Below, in pieces: positions 1 to 9,363 of a stretch of 64,000 nucleotides of DNA. The translations under genes and the position numbers were made by a program. Every line of letters starts with the position of its first letter. Within the stretch, counting starts at the first letter, position 1. Source of the stretch: a virus (lineage: Duplodnaviria > Caudoviricetes). The stretch is taken from the IMG/VR virus record IMGVR_UViG_3300033121_001713, positions 1 to 64,000 of that record; one strand, 5' to 3'. Below the pieces are notes generated by a model that worked only from the letters and a program-made list of their open reading frames with translations, was not told the DNA's origin and did not search any database.

Positions 1-504
1 AAATTCTTCTCCATCGAGGAGTACCAGAATCTCGTAGAATCGGATCGGATCGCGATGCTAGAGAAGGTCAATTCAGACCAACTCAGGACCATTGGCGAGC
101 TTCAGACTCAAATTGGATCCCAGCAGGATCAGATCACCGAACTCCTTTCCAAACTAACAAATCTTTCTGGTACACTCTCGTCCGATGAGGAGCTTATCGC
201 ATCGCTCAAGAAAACGATAGAGGAGCTCAGGAGAGAGCAGGTAAGGATCGATGCGTCGATCAGTTCGATGACTGACACAAGCTCGAAGCAGACAGGAATC
301 AACAAACCTCCAAAGACAGAGCCGAGTCCAAGCCCTAAAGATGACCAGTCACGCTCGAACAACCTGCAGTCTTTCATGGAAGCGGAACTCTCGAAAAACA
401 GAGTTAGCGTGACCAAGACAAACGCTACTACGTACGAGATTAAGGCGATGGCCGGTTCCACGGGCAACAGGCGCCAGACCAGGGGCACCGCTTTGGTTAA
501 CTAA
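1..504 (+). CDS. Coiled-coil protein, 5'-truncated by window edge
   Basis: Frame is open from base 1 to the TAA at 502-504; heptad-rich region followed by a Pro/Ser/Lys-rich tail. Confidence 0.7.
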   Translation, partial: KFFSIEEYQNLVESDRIAMLEKVNSDQLRTIGELQTQIGSQQDQITELLSKLTNLSGTLSSDEELIASLKKTIEELRREQVRIDASISSMTDTSSKQTGINKPPKTEPSPSPKDDQSRSNNLQSFMEAELSKNRVSVTKTNATTYEIKAMAGSTGNRRQTRGTALVN

Positions 505-515
505 ACTGTCTGCAA

Positions 516-1082
516 ATGTTCCTCAACGGTAGGTCAGATTCATTCGATCTCAGGATCCCGAAGGTATTCATTCCATCGTCCGTAAAAGAACGCTGGCAAC
601 CTTACTTCAAGAGGCTCCCTTCGCCGACTGATGATATTTCCGACATCATCAACTGGTCCATCCAGTCTATCAGCTTTCCTAGCATCAACTACACTCCAGT
701 AGAACAGATTAGACCTGGATTCGAAGAAAGGAAGCATGGCACTTCTAGGAGTTTCAGGGGAGGAAGATCTTCAGAAACGATGCTCGATCGAAAGTTCGAG
801 ATCACCTTCAAGGCCATCGATGGCTATGTCAATTACTGGGTACTCTTCGAGACATTCCTACATCACTACTCCTTCAGCAATGACAAGCCCTATGTCTGTG
901 ATTTTCCTCTCAGGATCAAGGACGCGGAGGGGATCAACATCTACCAGATCAACTTCATCGATGTCCTGTTCACTGGAATAGATCAATTCTCGTTGAACTT
1001 CTCAGAGCAGTCGGTGGATGCTAAGACCTTCAGTTGCAGCTTCACGTTCAACGAGATGAACCTCGATTTCGTCGTTCAGTAG
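516..1082 (+). CDS. Tail tube-like / baseplate-tube junction protein (gp19/gp54-like fold)
   Basis: IQSISFPSI...FEITFKAIDGYVNYW...F.DVLFTGI..FSLNF...TFSCSFTFN pattern typical of tube-fold paralogues. Confidence 0.55.
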   Translation: MFLNGRSDSFDLRIPKVFIPSSVKERWQPYFKRLPSPTDDISDIINWSIQSISFPSINYTPVEQIRPGFEERKHGTSRSFRGGRSSETMLDRKFEITFKAIDGYVNYWVLFETFLHHYSFSNDKPYVCDFPLRIKDAEGINIYQINFIDVLFTGIDQFSLNFSEQSVDAKTFSCSFTFNEMNLDFVVQ

Positions 1083-1092
1083 TTTCCCGGGC

Positions 1093-1100
1093 GATAGATA
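1093..1100 (+). promoter_or_regulatory. Putative late promoter GATAGATA
   Basis: Recurrent intergenic motif RATA(G/C)ATA, here CCGGGC-GATAGATA; analogous to T4 late TATAAATA. Confidence 0.6.
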
Positions 1101-1125
1101 ACCCTCACTACTAGAACCGAACTGC

Positions 1126-1785
1126 ATGCATCAGCTCGTTGCGATCGATTTTTCGATCTCGTCGACGGCAATGTCAATCCGAAAGGACGGCGTCGACTAC
1201 CATTTCTCATTCGTCCCAAACTACGATCAAACTTCTAGCAAGTTCAAGGTACACAGACAGCTTGATCCTCTTGTCAAGATCGTGAGCTACGAGAAGGCAG
1301 AGAAGGTCGAAGGATACTCTGAAGGAGAGTTAGTCAAGCTCCAAAACGCCCAGAACCTCGCAAAGGCGATTTGCGCGGAGATCACTGGCGCCGGTGCCCT
1401 GAAACCAAGGGTAGCGTTTGAGGGCTTTTCTTTCGGCTCAAGGGGTTCCTCATTCATCGACTTGATAGTCTTCAATACCTTCGCGAAGAAACACATCATG
1501 GACACGTATTTCTGTCCAATTGAAGTAGGATCGCCCGCCACGATCAAGAAGCATTTCTGTGGAAAGGGTAACGCTACCAAAGCAGAGATGTTTTCGAGGT
1601 TCGCCCAGGTGCCTGGCCATCTCAGGGACCTGATCGTATCGGTTATCGGCGAAATCGATCCCGAAAAAGAACCGCCGAAACCGATCGACGATATAGTCGA
1701 CTCGGTCGCTATTCTGAACTGGATGTCGGGAGCTCCTCCCTGCGCACCACAAGCCCAGGCAAGGAAAAAAGTCCAAAAGAAATAA
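1126..1785 (+). CDS. RuvC-like Holliday junction resolvase
   Basis: VAIDFS, AFEGFSFG, PATIKKHFCGKGNATKAEM and DDIVDS motifs of the RuvC/RNase H fold. Confidence 0.8.
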   Translation: MHQLVAIDFSISSTAMSIRKDGVDYHFSFVPNYDQTSSKFKVHRQLDPLVKIVSYEKAEKVEGYSEGELVKLQNAQNLAKAICAEITGAGALKPRVAFEGFSFGSRGSSFIDLIVFNTFAKKHIMDTYFCPIEVGSPATIKKHFCGKGNATKAEMFSRFAQVPGHLRDLIVSVIGEIDPEKEPPKPIDDIVDSVAILNWMSGAPPCAPQAQARKKVQKK

Positions 1786-1846
1786 GGCAGAGTTGGCGGC
1801 CCTTTGGTCTCTCTCGGAATGGTCATGGGTTTTATGCCATCCCTGC

Positions 1847-1854
1847 TAAGTTTG
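1847..1854 (+). promoter_or_regulatory. Bacteroidota-type -7 element TAAGTTTG
   Basis: Matches TAnnTTTG; intergenic, upstream of SSB. Confidence 0.45.
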
Positions 1855-1893
1855 GATCATTGTTCATAACTAATTGTCCAGCAACCCTGCATG

Positions 1894-1901
1894 GATAGAT
1901 A
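1894..1901 (+). promoter_or_regulatory. Putative late promoter GATAGATA
   Basis: GATAGATAGGATC is identical to the 13-mer at 14613-14625. Confidence 0.65.
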
Positions 1902-2015
1902 GGATCAAAAGGAAGCACCAGAATGACAGCATAAGACGAGCCAACACAAACTCCAAGCAAGTGACTACAAAACGCCGAAAGGCAAAGAATCAACAACCAA
2001 ACGAAAAGCAAAGCA

Positions 2016-2984
2016 ATGAGTAACAGCAACAGTGACATCTTCAACCTGGATTTCGAGGACTTCAAGGAACCTCCTAAGGAATCCAATTCGAACTACTACA
2101 AGCCAGATCCTGCTAAGGCACCCGACGGTGTCTATAAGGCGCTGATTCGGTTCGTGCCGAACATCAACAACGTCAAGCAGTCGATCATCAACAAGACGAC
2201 CTATTGGTTGAAGGACGATCCGAATTCTTTCGGCGTCGATTGCCCAACGTCTATCGGCGAAAAGTCCATCATCAATGAGACGTATTGGAAGCTGAAGAAT
2301 GCCGATAGCGCGTATGAGCAGAGCAAGGCGGCAAACCTTCAGCGAAAGAAGAAGCACTTCGCCTATGTCTACATCGTGAAAGACTACCAGAATCCTAAGC
2401 TGGATGGCACGATTCAGATCTACTCTTTCCCGAGTAAAGTGAAGGAGAAGATCGACGCGCAGCTTCAGCCTGATAAGGATGCGATCGAGATGGGAGTCGA
2501 ACCAGTGAACGTGTTTGATCTCTTCGAGGGCAAGGATTTCCTGCTCAAGATCAAGATCCAGGCAGGTTACTGGAACTATGATGATTGCCAGTTCGTTGCA
2601 CATCGAGGCCCGATCAAGATCGGCGGTATTCCGATGGAACGGAATAAGGAGCACATGGCTGAGATCAAGAAGCTCTACGAAGGCATCAGGCCGCTCGAAG
2701 ACTACAAGTACAAGCCATGGGATTCTGAAACTCGTGACAAGGTCCTCGCATTCCTCAGGGAGTTGACCGGCGGCAACGTCCCGTCGTCAGCGATTTCCGA
2801 AGTGACGAAGCCAGAGAAGTCCAAGCCGGCCTCGAAACCGACTTCGAAGCCAGCCGCCGTTCACGGTGACTCGGAAGCCGAAGGCCAAGATTTGGTGCTT
2901 GAGAGCGACAGCCCATCAGCATCAAACACCGAAGCTGGTGACAGTGACAACATCGATGAGTTCCTCAGCCAGTTCGAAGGCTGA
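2016..2984 (+). CDS. gp32: Single-stranded DNA-binding protein (T4 gp32-like)
   Basis: ALIRFVP, CPTSIGEKS, YIVKD..NP..GTIQIY, FDLFEGKDF.LKI, NYDDCQF; acidic C-terminal tail. Confidence 0.9.
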   Translation: MSNSNSDIFNLDFEDFKEPPKESNSNYYKPDPAKAPDGVYKALIRFVPNINNVKQSIINKTTYWLKDDPNSFGVDCPTSIGEKSIINETYWKLKNADSAYEQSKAANLQRKKKHFAYVYIVKDYQNPKLDGTIQIYSFPSKVKEKIDAQLQPDKDAIEMGVEPVNVFDLFEGKDFLLKIKIQAGYWNYDDCQFVAHRGPIKIGGIPMERNKEHMAEIKKLYEGIRPLEDYKYKPWDSETRDKVLAFLRELTGGNVPSSAISEVTKPEKSKPASKPTSKPAAVHGDSEAEGQDLVLESDSPSASNTEAGDSDNIDEFLSQFEG

Positions 2985-3005
2985 TCGATCAACCCATAAG
3001 GCAAA

Positions 3006-3034
3006 GGAGAGGAGAGCGCTGGCTCTCCTCTCTT
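3006..3034 (+). terminator. Stem-loop after SSB
   Basis: AGAGGAGAGC-GCTG-GCTCTCCTCT hairpin. Confidence 0.6.
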
Positions 3035-3041
3035 AGCTTTG
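3034..3041 (+). promoter_or_regulatory. Bacteroidota-type -7 element TAGCTTTG, 4 nt before primase ATG
   Basis: Matches TAnnTTTG; ATG at 3046. Confidence 0.55.
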
Positions 3042-3045
3042 AGTG

Positions 3046-4095
3046 ATGGTATCACGAGAGAAGATCACTTCGAAGATCCAGTCTATCCTGGAATCTCGCT
3101 TCACAGGTGAGCGTACACGAATGAGGGCGTTTCATGATCGCCTGAACTTCGCATGTCCTTACTGTGGGGATTCGTCCGATGACTCCTCGAAGAAGAGGGC
3201 AAACCTGTACTGGAAGAGCTACAGCTTCCACTGTTTCAATGGCGGATGTCCTAAACCGGCCACAACTCTTCTTCGTTTCCTCTCTGATTTTGAACAGAGG
3301 ATCGGCAACATAGACGAGATCGATGAAATCTCTAGGGTCATTTCAGAGTCTAGAAACTCGATCAGGAGTTCTAGCGCAATCGAGTATAACCAGTTCGTCG
3401 AGCTAGAGGAATTGTCGGTTCCAATGGAGAAGATCGAGAGTAAGCTTGGGCTTGTTCAGATCGAAAGATCTACCTTTGCGTCTTCTTACCTGAAATCCAG
3501 ATTGATATTCGATCGAAGTGACATGTTCAGGTACTCTGAATCAGAAAGGACCATCTACATTTTCAATCTCACGTCCGACGGACAAAGAGCCATCGGCTAT
3601 CAGGTAGCCAAGTTCAGTGGACCTAACAAGTATCTCTCGTTCAACATCGAGAAGCTCAATTCTGGGGTTGGAAGAAAGATCGATAGCACCATCGATCAGG
3701 AGAAGATGGCTAAGATCAATTCATTGAGCCTCTTCTTCGGGATCTTGCGATGCGATTTTTCGAGCACCGTGACCATATTCGAGGGAGTCATCGATTCGCT
3801 CTTTGTCAGGAACTCGATTGCCATCGCTGGGCTGAAAAGGGACAAGTCGATGTTCATGGAAGGTAACTTTCGATTCATGCTCGATAACGATCGGGATGGA
3901 TTCAAGGCCTCAAAGGACTTATTGAAGGCCAGGAAGCCGGTCTTCATGTGGAAAAAATACTTCTCCGACTGCGGAGCAGATCCTTCGATCAAGGATCTCA
4001 ATCAATTCATGATCGAATGCAAGAAGGGAAATGGCAAAGCGAAGGACCCAACACTCTACTTTACTAACGATCCTCTCGACCTCATCTACGTCTGA
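3046..4095 (+). CDS. gp61: DNA primase (T4 gp61-like)
   Basis: Zn ribbon NFACPYCGDS...FHCFNGGC; TOPRIM motifs IFEGVIDS, LDNDRDG, KDLN. Confidence 0.9.
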   Translation: MVSREKITSKIQSILESRFTGERTRMRAFHDRLNFACPYCGDSSDDSSKKRANLYWKSYSFHCFNGGCPKPATTLLRFLSDFEQRIGNIDEIDEISRVISESRNSIRSSSAIEYNQFVELEELSVPMEKIESKLGLVQIERSTFASSYLKSRLIFDRSDMFRYSESERTIYIFNLTSDGQRAIGYQVAKFSGPNKYLSFNIEKLNSGVGRKIDSTIDQEKMAKINSLSLFFGILRCDFSSTVTIFEGVIDSLFVRNSIAIAGLKRDKSMFMEGNFRFMLDNDRDGFKASKDLLKARKPVFMWKKYFSDCGADPSIKDLNQFMIECKKGNGKAKDPTLYFTNDPLDLIYV

Positions 4096-4120
4096 AGAGG
4101 CCAAAGCCGACAGGGAGATC

Positions 4121-4267
4121 ATGCCAGATTTGGAGGGCACTCTTCTCGATGGCTTGGAGTTCGACGGGATTGAACTTCGCGATGGCGTCCCTAGCATAGG
4201 ATCGGAGCCACCGATGCGAATCAAGAAGGACTATCAACGAAAGGTCAAGAAAGGAGATCTCTTCTGA
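4121..4267 (+). CDS. Small hypothetical protein ending in GDLF
   Basis: 48 aa from the ATG at 4121; TGATG coupling to the next gene. Confidence 0.45.
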   Translation: MPDLEGTLLDGLEFDGIELRDGVPSIGSEPPMRIKKDYQRKVKKGDLF

Positions 4268-4737
4268 TGGAAGAAGTGGAGAAGAAACTCTCTGAAGAGG
4301 AGAAATGTGATCGACTCGATCTCGCGTTTGCCACCAAGCGCAGCGAATGGTCGGAGAAGGTCAAAGAGCTCATAGCTCAGCTCAATGACGTGACGCGCCT
4401 GGCCGAGACCCAGGCCACGATGCTTTCGTACCGTCACATTTTCAACGATGAGATAGCCAAATACCGAGCAACTCAGGCGAAGAGAAAGGCCGGCAACCTC
4501 AAGCAATGGCAACTGAGGCACAACTACTACAAATCGCCAACGAGTGGACATCAGATCAAGCTCCAGGAAAGAGAGCTAGCAGATCATATCAAAGCAGATC
4601 TGGCTTATCGAGCTAGGGAAAACGATATCCTAGCCAATCAGATCGCCTTTTTCGAAGAGATGGTTCAGACGATGGACAAGATGGGCTATGCAATCAAGAT
4701 CGCTGTCGAGATCGAAACAAAGCTTAAGTTCCATTGA
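4267..4737 (+). CDS. uvsY: Recombination mediator, UvsY-like
   Basis: All-helical 156 aa directly upstream of UvsW as in T4; YIxAD-like HIKADL and MGYAIKIAVE. Confidence 0.65.
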   Translation: MEEVEKKLSEEEKCDRLDLAFATKRSEWSEKVKELIAQLNDVTRLAETQATMLSYRHIFNDEIAKYRATQAKRKAGNLKQWQLRHNYYKSPTSGHQIKLQERELADHIKADLAYRARENDILANQIAFFEEMVQTMDKMGYAIKIAVEIETKLKFH

Positions 4738-6245
4738 AGTGGAAGATCATCAATTCTGATCGTACGCTATGTCTCGTTGAGGCGAGCAGGCTTGAGGTTG
4801 AACAGCTGAGAATAAGCTTCACGAAGACTATTCCGTCCGCTAGATTCGATCCTCGGGTTAAGGCTGGACACTGGGATGGCAAGATCTCTTACTTCAGGTC
4901 AGATCGATATTTGCCATCTGGACTATGGGGCGAACTCATCGACGTCGCGGAACAGTATGACTTTGAGCTGGAGATTGAAGGCATCGAGAACCTATTCGAC
5001 GAGACAGTAGCATTGGAGGATTTCAAGTCATGGGTAGCAGAGAAATGGGAGTCCGCTAGCCTCAAGCCCAGGGACTATCAGGTTGAATCGGCCTTCAAGA
5101 TCATCCGAAACAGGAATTGCTTGTCCGAGCTTGCAACTTCGGCCGGCAAGTCGCTCATCATCTTCCAGGTCATCGCTTATCTTCTGGAACACTCGATGGC
5201 CAAGAGGATCCTCATGATCGTTCCGAACGTCGATCTCGTGATCCAGGCCACAGAAGATTTTGAACAGTACAACTCTGAGTCGGTTGCAATGGATCTCAGG
5301 ATCCAACAGATTTACTCGGGCACCAAGATCAGAGAATCATCCAATGTTGTTATTGGGACCTATCAATCGTTGATCAAGAAGGACCCAGAGTATTTCGATG
5401 CATTCGATACTGTGGTCGTAGACGAGACACACAAAGCCAAGGGGCTCTCGATCAGAACGATCCTCGAGAAGTGCCGTAACTCCGTTAGGAGATTCGGTCT
5501 CTCTGGCACTATACCGAAGCCAGGAACCCTGGATAGGCTCACTATCATGTCCTATACTGGGCCAGTCGTGAGCACAGTCAAGGCAGACTTCCTATCCAAG
5601 GCAGGATTCATTGCCCCATGTGAGGTCATAGTCATCGAAATGGACTATGCAGGAAAGCAGGTCAAGGAAGCGTTCAAGACGATCTATGACAGCGGCCCAG
5701 ACCAAAGAAAGCAGCTCTTCAACCTCGAGAAGAATTATGCCATAGAGTCCAAGGGAAGGTTGGCCTTCATCACAGATTTCATTCTTCAGGTCAGGAAGAA
5801 TTCCCTGGTCCTTTTTCATAGGATCGAATATGGACAGCAACTCTATAACGCCATCAGGGCCAAGACGGAAAGGCCGGTCTTCTACATAGACGGCAGCACA
5901 GACAAGGATTTCAGGGAGTCCTTTAAGGATGACATGGAAGACGGACAGGAGAAGATCCTGATCGCCTCGTTTGGCACCTTCTCGACTGGCATCAACGTCA
6001 AGAACATTCATGCGGTATTCCTGACCGAATCCTTCAAGTCAGAGGTGATCATCAGGCAAAGCATCGGTCGTGGCCTCAGGCTCCACAAGGACAAGGATCG
6101 ATTGTTGGTGGTGGACTTTGCCGATAACTACAGCTCCGATAAGGACTTCATCAACTACCTGATGAAGCATAGCTTCGAGAGAAGGGCCATCTACCGCCAG
6201 GAAAGGTTTCCATACCGAGTCAAGAAGGTAAGGTTCGAGGCTTAG
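4734..6245 (+). CDS. uvsW: UvsW-like SF2 helicase
   Basis: WDGKI, PRDYQ, ATSAGKS, VVDETH, GLSGT, STGIN, QSIGRGLR. Confidence 0.92.
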   Translation: MKWKIINSDRTLCLVEASRLEVEQLRISFTKTIPSARFDPRVKAGHWDGKISYFRSDRYLPSGLWGELIDVAEQYDFELEIEGIENLFDETVALEDFKSWVAEKWESASLKPRDYQVESAFKIIRNRNCLSELATSAGKSLIIFQVIAYLLEHSMAKRILMIVPNVDLVIQATEDFEQYNSESVAMDLRIQQIYSGTKIRESSNVVIGTYQSLIKKDPEYFDAFDTVVVDETHKAKGLSIRTILEKCRNSVRRFGLSGTIPKPGTLDRLTIMSYTGPVVSTVKADFLSKAGFIAPCEVIVIEMDYAGKQVKEAFKTIYDSGPDQRKQLFNLEKNYAIESKGRLAFITDFILQVRKNSLVLFHRIEYGQQLYNAIRAKTERPVFYIDGSTDKDFRESFKDDMEDGQEKILIASFGTFSTGINVKNIHAVFLTESFKSEVIIRQSIGRGLRLHKDKDRLLVVDFADNYSSDKDFINYLMKHSFERRAIYRQERFPYRVKKVRFEA

Positions 6246-6254
6246 GCCCGGACG

Positions 6255-6262
6255 AATAGATA
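6255..6262 (+). promoter_or_regulatory. Putative late promoter AATAGATA, 4 nt before ATG
   Basis: Motif match; ATG at 6267. Confidence 0.65.
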
Positions 6263-6266
6263 AGCA

Positions 6267-6488
6267 ATGCTACGCTATGGTCAGTTCGTTGCCCTTAACA
6301 AGGACATTGCTGCCAAGAAGGATCTCCAGAATAGGCAGAATGAATACAACCGTTTTGCCTCTGAGGCCCTTTCTCGGTTCGGTGCAGAAACGATCCATGA
6401 TCTGTCAGACGAGGATTACAACCGGTTCCTAGACGAGATGAAAGCGTATCGCAAAGCCAAGTTAGTCTCTGAAACCAAGGTCCGATGA
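6267..6488 (+). CDS. Small late protein (possible head/core protein)
   Basis: Follows a late motif; N-terminal MLRYGQF resembles the shared tag. Confidence 0.6.
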   Translation: MLRYGQFVALNKDIAAKKDLQNRQNEYNRFASEALSRFGAETIHDLSDEDYNRFLDEMKAYRKAKLVSETKVR

Positions 6489-7564
6489 GAAGCCTCAGCG
6501 AGACATACCTAGAGCTAGGGATTCCGGGCTTCAAGAAGCTCCTGAAGGAACACGTTTGTGTCCTTGAGAGGTTTGATGCTCCGAGGATCCGCGTTAGGAT
6601 GAATGATGGCTCTCTTCATTTCTCCAAGAGAGACAGGGAGATCAGTCTGATAGATCGAGTATTGGATCCTGGGCTCAGTAGTCCAATTCGCCATCTCACT
6701 GAGATGGCCGAGACTTTTCAGGAAGGATTCGTCTATGAATTTGCCTATTTTGACAGCCAAGTTCCAGTAGAGTTCAAGTATGATAGGCTGCCCAAGGATG
6801 GATTGGTTTACATCGGTAAGAGAAAAGGGCAGTCTATCATCGAGCGCCCTGATTTCGACATGCAGTTCGAGAGTTCCATGCTCTGGAGCGGAAACCTCTC
6901 GGACAACCAAATCAATTCGATGGTCCAATTGGCTAAGGAATCCCTCACCGCCGATCTGGAGCCCAAAAGGATTTTGAATCTGATCGGCGCTAAACCGCTC
7001 ATCAACGAGTCAAGCGTCTATGGCCTTGTTTTCAAGGTTGGCAAATGGAATCCGGTCTATTTTTCGGTCAGCGATCCAGTCACAGAGTCTTTCAAAGAGA
7101 ATGCTATCCAACGCAGGGATCCAATCGATATGTATGGAATCATCCTCTGCGATTTCATCGACTTTTGCGAAATTGGCGCCAAGCTAGACGAAGCGATAGG
7201 TCATGTTGGAGACACACATGAAAGGTTTCTGACTTCGGTCTCTAACCTGTATCTTCAGTATATGGCGGATAGGCCAGGCATCTTTGATGATGTTCAGATC
7301 TCAGACCGGGATTTCAAGGTCGATGAGTCGCTGATCCTTCCTGAGGTGGCTGCCACATTCGATGGGCATCCGAACAACAAGAAGGTGTTCCAGATGATCC
7401 TTCAGGCCCTCTATTCGCCAAAGAAAAAGCCTACTGGGACTCTGACCGAGGCGATCCTTCAGACAATAAATAGGATCCGAAACAGGATTACGGAATCGAT
7501 CAGGTTGACATCTGGCGATGAACCGCTAACTTTCATGGAGTATCTCCTAATCAAAAAGATTTGA
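6485..7564 (+). CDS. Hypothetical protein, possibly degenerate ligase-like fold
   Basis: 359 aa, ATGA-coupled; VLERFDA resembles ligase motif I (EKxDG) without the Lys. Confidence 0.6.
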   Translation: MRSLSETYLELGIPGFKKLLKEHVCVLERFDAPRIRVRMNDGSLHFSKRDREISLIDRVLDPGLSSPIRHLTEMAETFQEGFVYEFAYFDSQVPVEFKYDRLPKDGLVYIGKRKGQSIIERPDFDMQFESSMLWSGNLSDNQINSMVQLAKESLTADLEPKRILNLIGAKPLINESSVYGLVFKVGKWNPVYFSVSDPVTESFKENAIQRRDPIDMYGIILCDFIDFCEIGAKLDEAIGHVGDTHERFLTSVSNLYLQYMADRPGIFDDVQISDRDFKVDESLILPEVAATFDGHPNNKKVFQMILQALYSPKKKPTGTLTEAILQTINRIRNRITESIRLTSGDEPLTFMEYLLIKKI

Positions 7565-7573
7565 CGATCACAC

Positions 7574-9352
7574 ATGGCCCACTATAACAACCAGCTCGAG
7601 ACTCCACCATGGGAACAGGTGGGCGCAGGGATCGCAGCAACCATCTATTTCAAGTCAGTTCCTTCTGACATCCAATTCGAAAAGACGGTCGAGTATGTCA
7701 AGAAGCAGGGTGGCAGGATGAAGCCCTATCCAAAATATTGGTCAGGTCCAACCGATGCCATGAAAGATGGCATCGAGGCTTGGTTCGGTCCGGACGAAAG
7801 GGATGTCAAGGCATTCATCTCTGATATGCGACACATCCCTTCATTCAAGAGCTGTGATTACGTCGATGTGCACATCGATCCAGCCGGTGGAGTGCACTGG
7901 GGAGATGACGGCGATCCAGCAGCAATGTACGAGAGCCAAAGTAGCACAGGCGTGCCAGCATTCGAAAGCATGGACAGGGAACACTTGATCGAGGCGGTAG
8001 AGCTTAGACCAGTCAATGTTCGTCTTTCCGATGGATCATTGAAGACGATCTCGAAGACTGATGAAGTCTCCGATGATATCGTGTTCGAGTCCATCGAAGA
8101 GATCTACTCTGAGGGATTTGACGAACTCAGTGAAAGGGTCGTCCTGAAGAGGAGATATGGGAAATCGCCAGAGGTGTCCATGAACAGCCATGGGCCTCTT
8201 AGGAACGATGTCCTTGAGTTCGTTGGCAATCGCTTCGTAACGGACGGCGAACTCAACTCGTTCTTCAACCAGCTCGAGGAAGCTAGGGGCAAGAAGCTCA
8301 ACTACAGAAAGTGGTTCAACGAGAACCAGAAGTTCTTCGAATCTTACACCCTGAAAGGCACCAAGGTTTGGAGCCTATCTAAGGTCGGCAAGAGAGCATT
8401 CGAACACATTGTAGAGCTCAGGAGCTCCAATACGATCAATGAGAAAGTGGTCCTTGAGTACTCAGATTTCATCCTGAGCGAGGATCTGACTCCATCGATG
8501 ATCCTAGAAGGAGAGATCCCGGCGGCCGAATCTTCTAAGCTGAAGGAAGTGATTTCTGCTAATGGGTTCATGGCCCTTAGGGATCCTCTGAAGAAGCTCG
8601 GTTGGAAGGTCGATTTCTCGTTCTCGCCGGTGGCGACTTACATCATCACAAAGGGTAAGTTGAAGGTAGCCATCCTGAACAAGAAGTATGTAGATGACGC
8701 AGAACCAGATCAAGTGGTAGGAGATATCGCTTTTGGATTGATGGAATCCGTCAGCGCAGACATCAAGACTCCTGCATCTGTAAAGACGGTCCAGAAGGTC
8801 ATCGAACTCACGCTCAAGAGCGCCAAGCCAAGCGTCACAGAGGATGAGGTTGTAAAGCAACTAGCGGCTATCAATGATCTCGAGTCTCTTTACACTGCAG
8901 CCGTGAAGCTGATCTCTCCAGATCAAGTCAACAGCTTCAAGAAGAACTTTCCAGTCCATGAATCTGTCGGAACAGGAGTCCTCGAGTCTAGTTTGAATAG
9001 AGATGGATTGGTGCTGTCGCTAGGAGTTTTTAGCGTAGATCCTAAAAACGGAACAATAATTGGCGAAGAGACCGAAGTTGATGTAGCCAAGGCGGTTATG
9101 CCTAATATGGCTTCTGATTGGCTTTTCTCGAAGGACAAGTTCAAATACCTAGCAAAGCAAAAGTCCTTCTTCGAGAAAGCTACAGCGCAGTTCATCAGGA
9201 CATTGATCAATCTTCACAAGTCAAAGAAGTATGATTTGAATTCTCCGTCGATTTCATATAGGATCAACACATACCTTAATGGATCCTCTATTGAAACTCC
9301 GTCGGAATGGGATTCTAAACTGTATCATGGAGTCAGTGATGCAATAAATTGA
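7574..9352 (+). CDS. Modular hypothetical protein, putative internal head polyprotein
   Basis: 592 aa with repeated hydrophobic-x-E-S/A/G/K junctions (MYES, AFES, LIEA, INEK, ILEG, LMES, VHES, VLES). Confidence 0.65.
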   Translation: MAHYNNQLETPPWEQVGAGIAATIYFKSVPSDIQFEKTVEYVKKQGGRMKPYPKYWSGPTDAMKDGIEAWFGPDERDVKAFISDMRHIPSFKSCDYVDVHIDPAGGVHWGDDGDPAAMYESQSSTGVPAFESMDREHLIEAVELRPVNVRLSDGSLKTISKTDEVSDDIVFESIEEIYSEGFDELSERVVLKRRYGKSPEVSMNSHGPLRNDVLEFVGNRFVTDGELNSFFNQLEEARGKKLNYRKWFNENQKFFESYTLKGTKVWSLSKVGKRAFEHIVELRSSNTINEKVVLEYSDFILSEDLTPSMILEGEIPAAESSKLKEVISANGFMALRDPLKKLGWKVDFSFSPVATYIITKGKLKVAILNKKYVDDAEPDQVVGDIAFGLMESVSADIKTPASVKTVQKVIELTLKSAKPSVTEDEVVKQLAAINDLESLYTAAVKLISPDQVNSFKKNFPVHESVGTGVLESSLNRDGLVLSLGVFSVDPKNGTIIGEETEVDVAKAVMPNMASDWLFSKDKFKYLAKQKSFFEKATAQFIRTLINLHKSKKYDLNSPSISYRINTYLNGSSIETPSEWDSKLYHGVSDAIN

Positions 9353-9363
9353 ACTTCGAAGCA

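Noticed and set aside
1787-2015. tRNA or other structured RNA gene in the longer intergenic regions
   Set aside because: No cloverleaf or T-loop signature seen here or at 59135-59725
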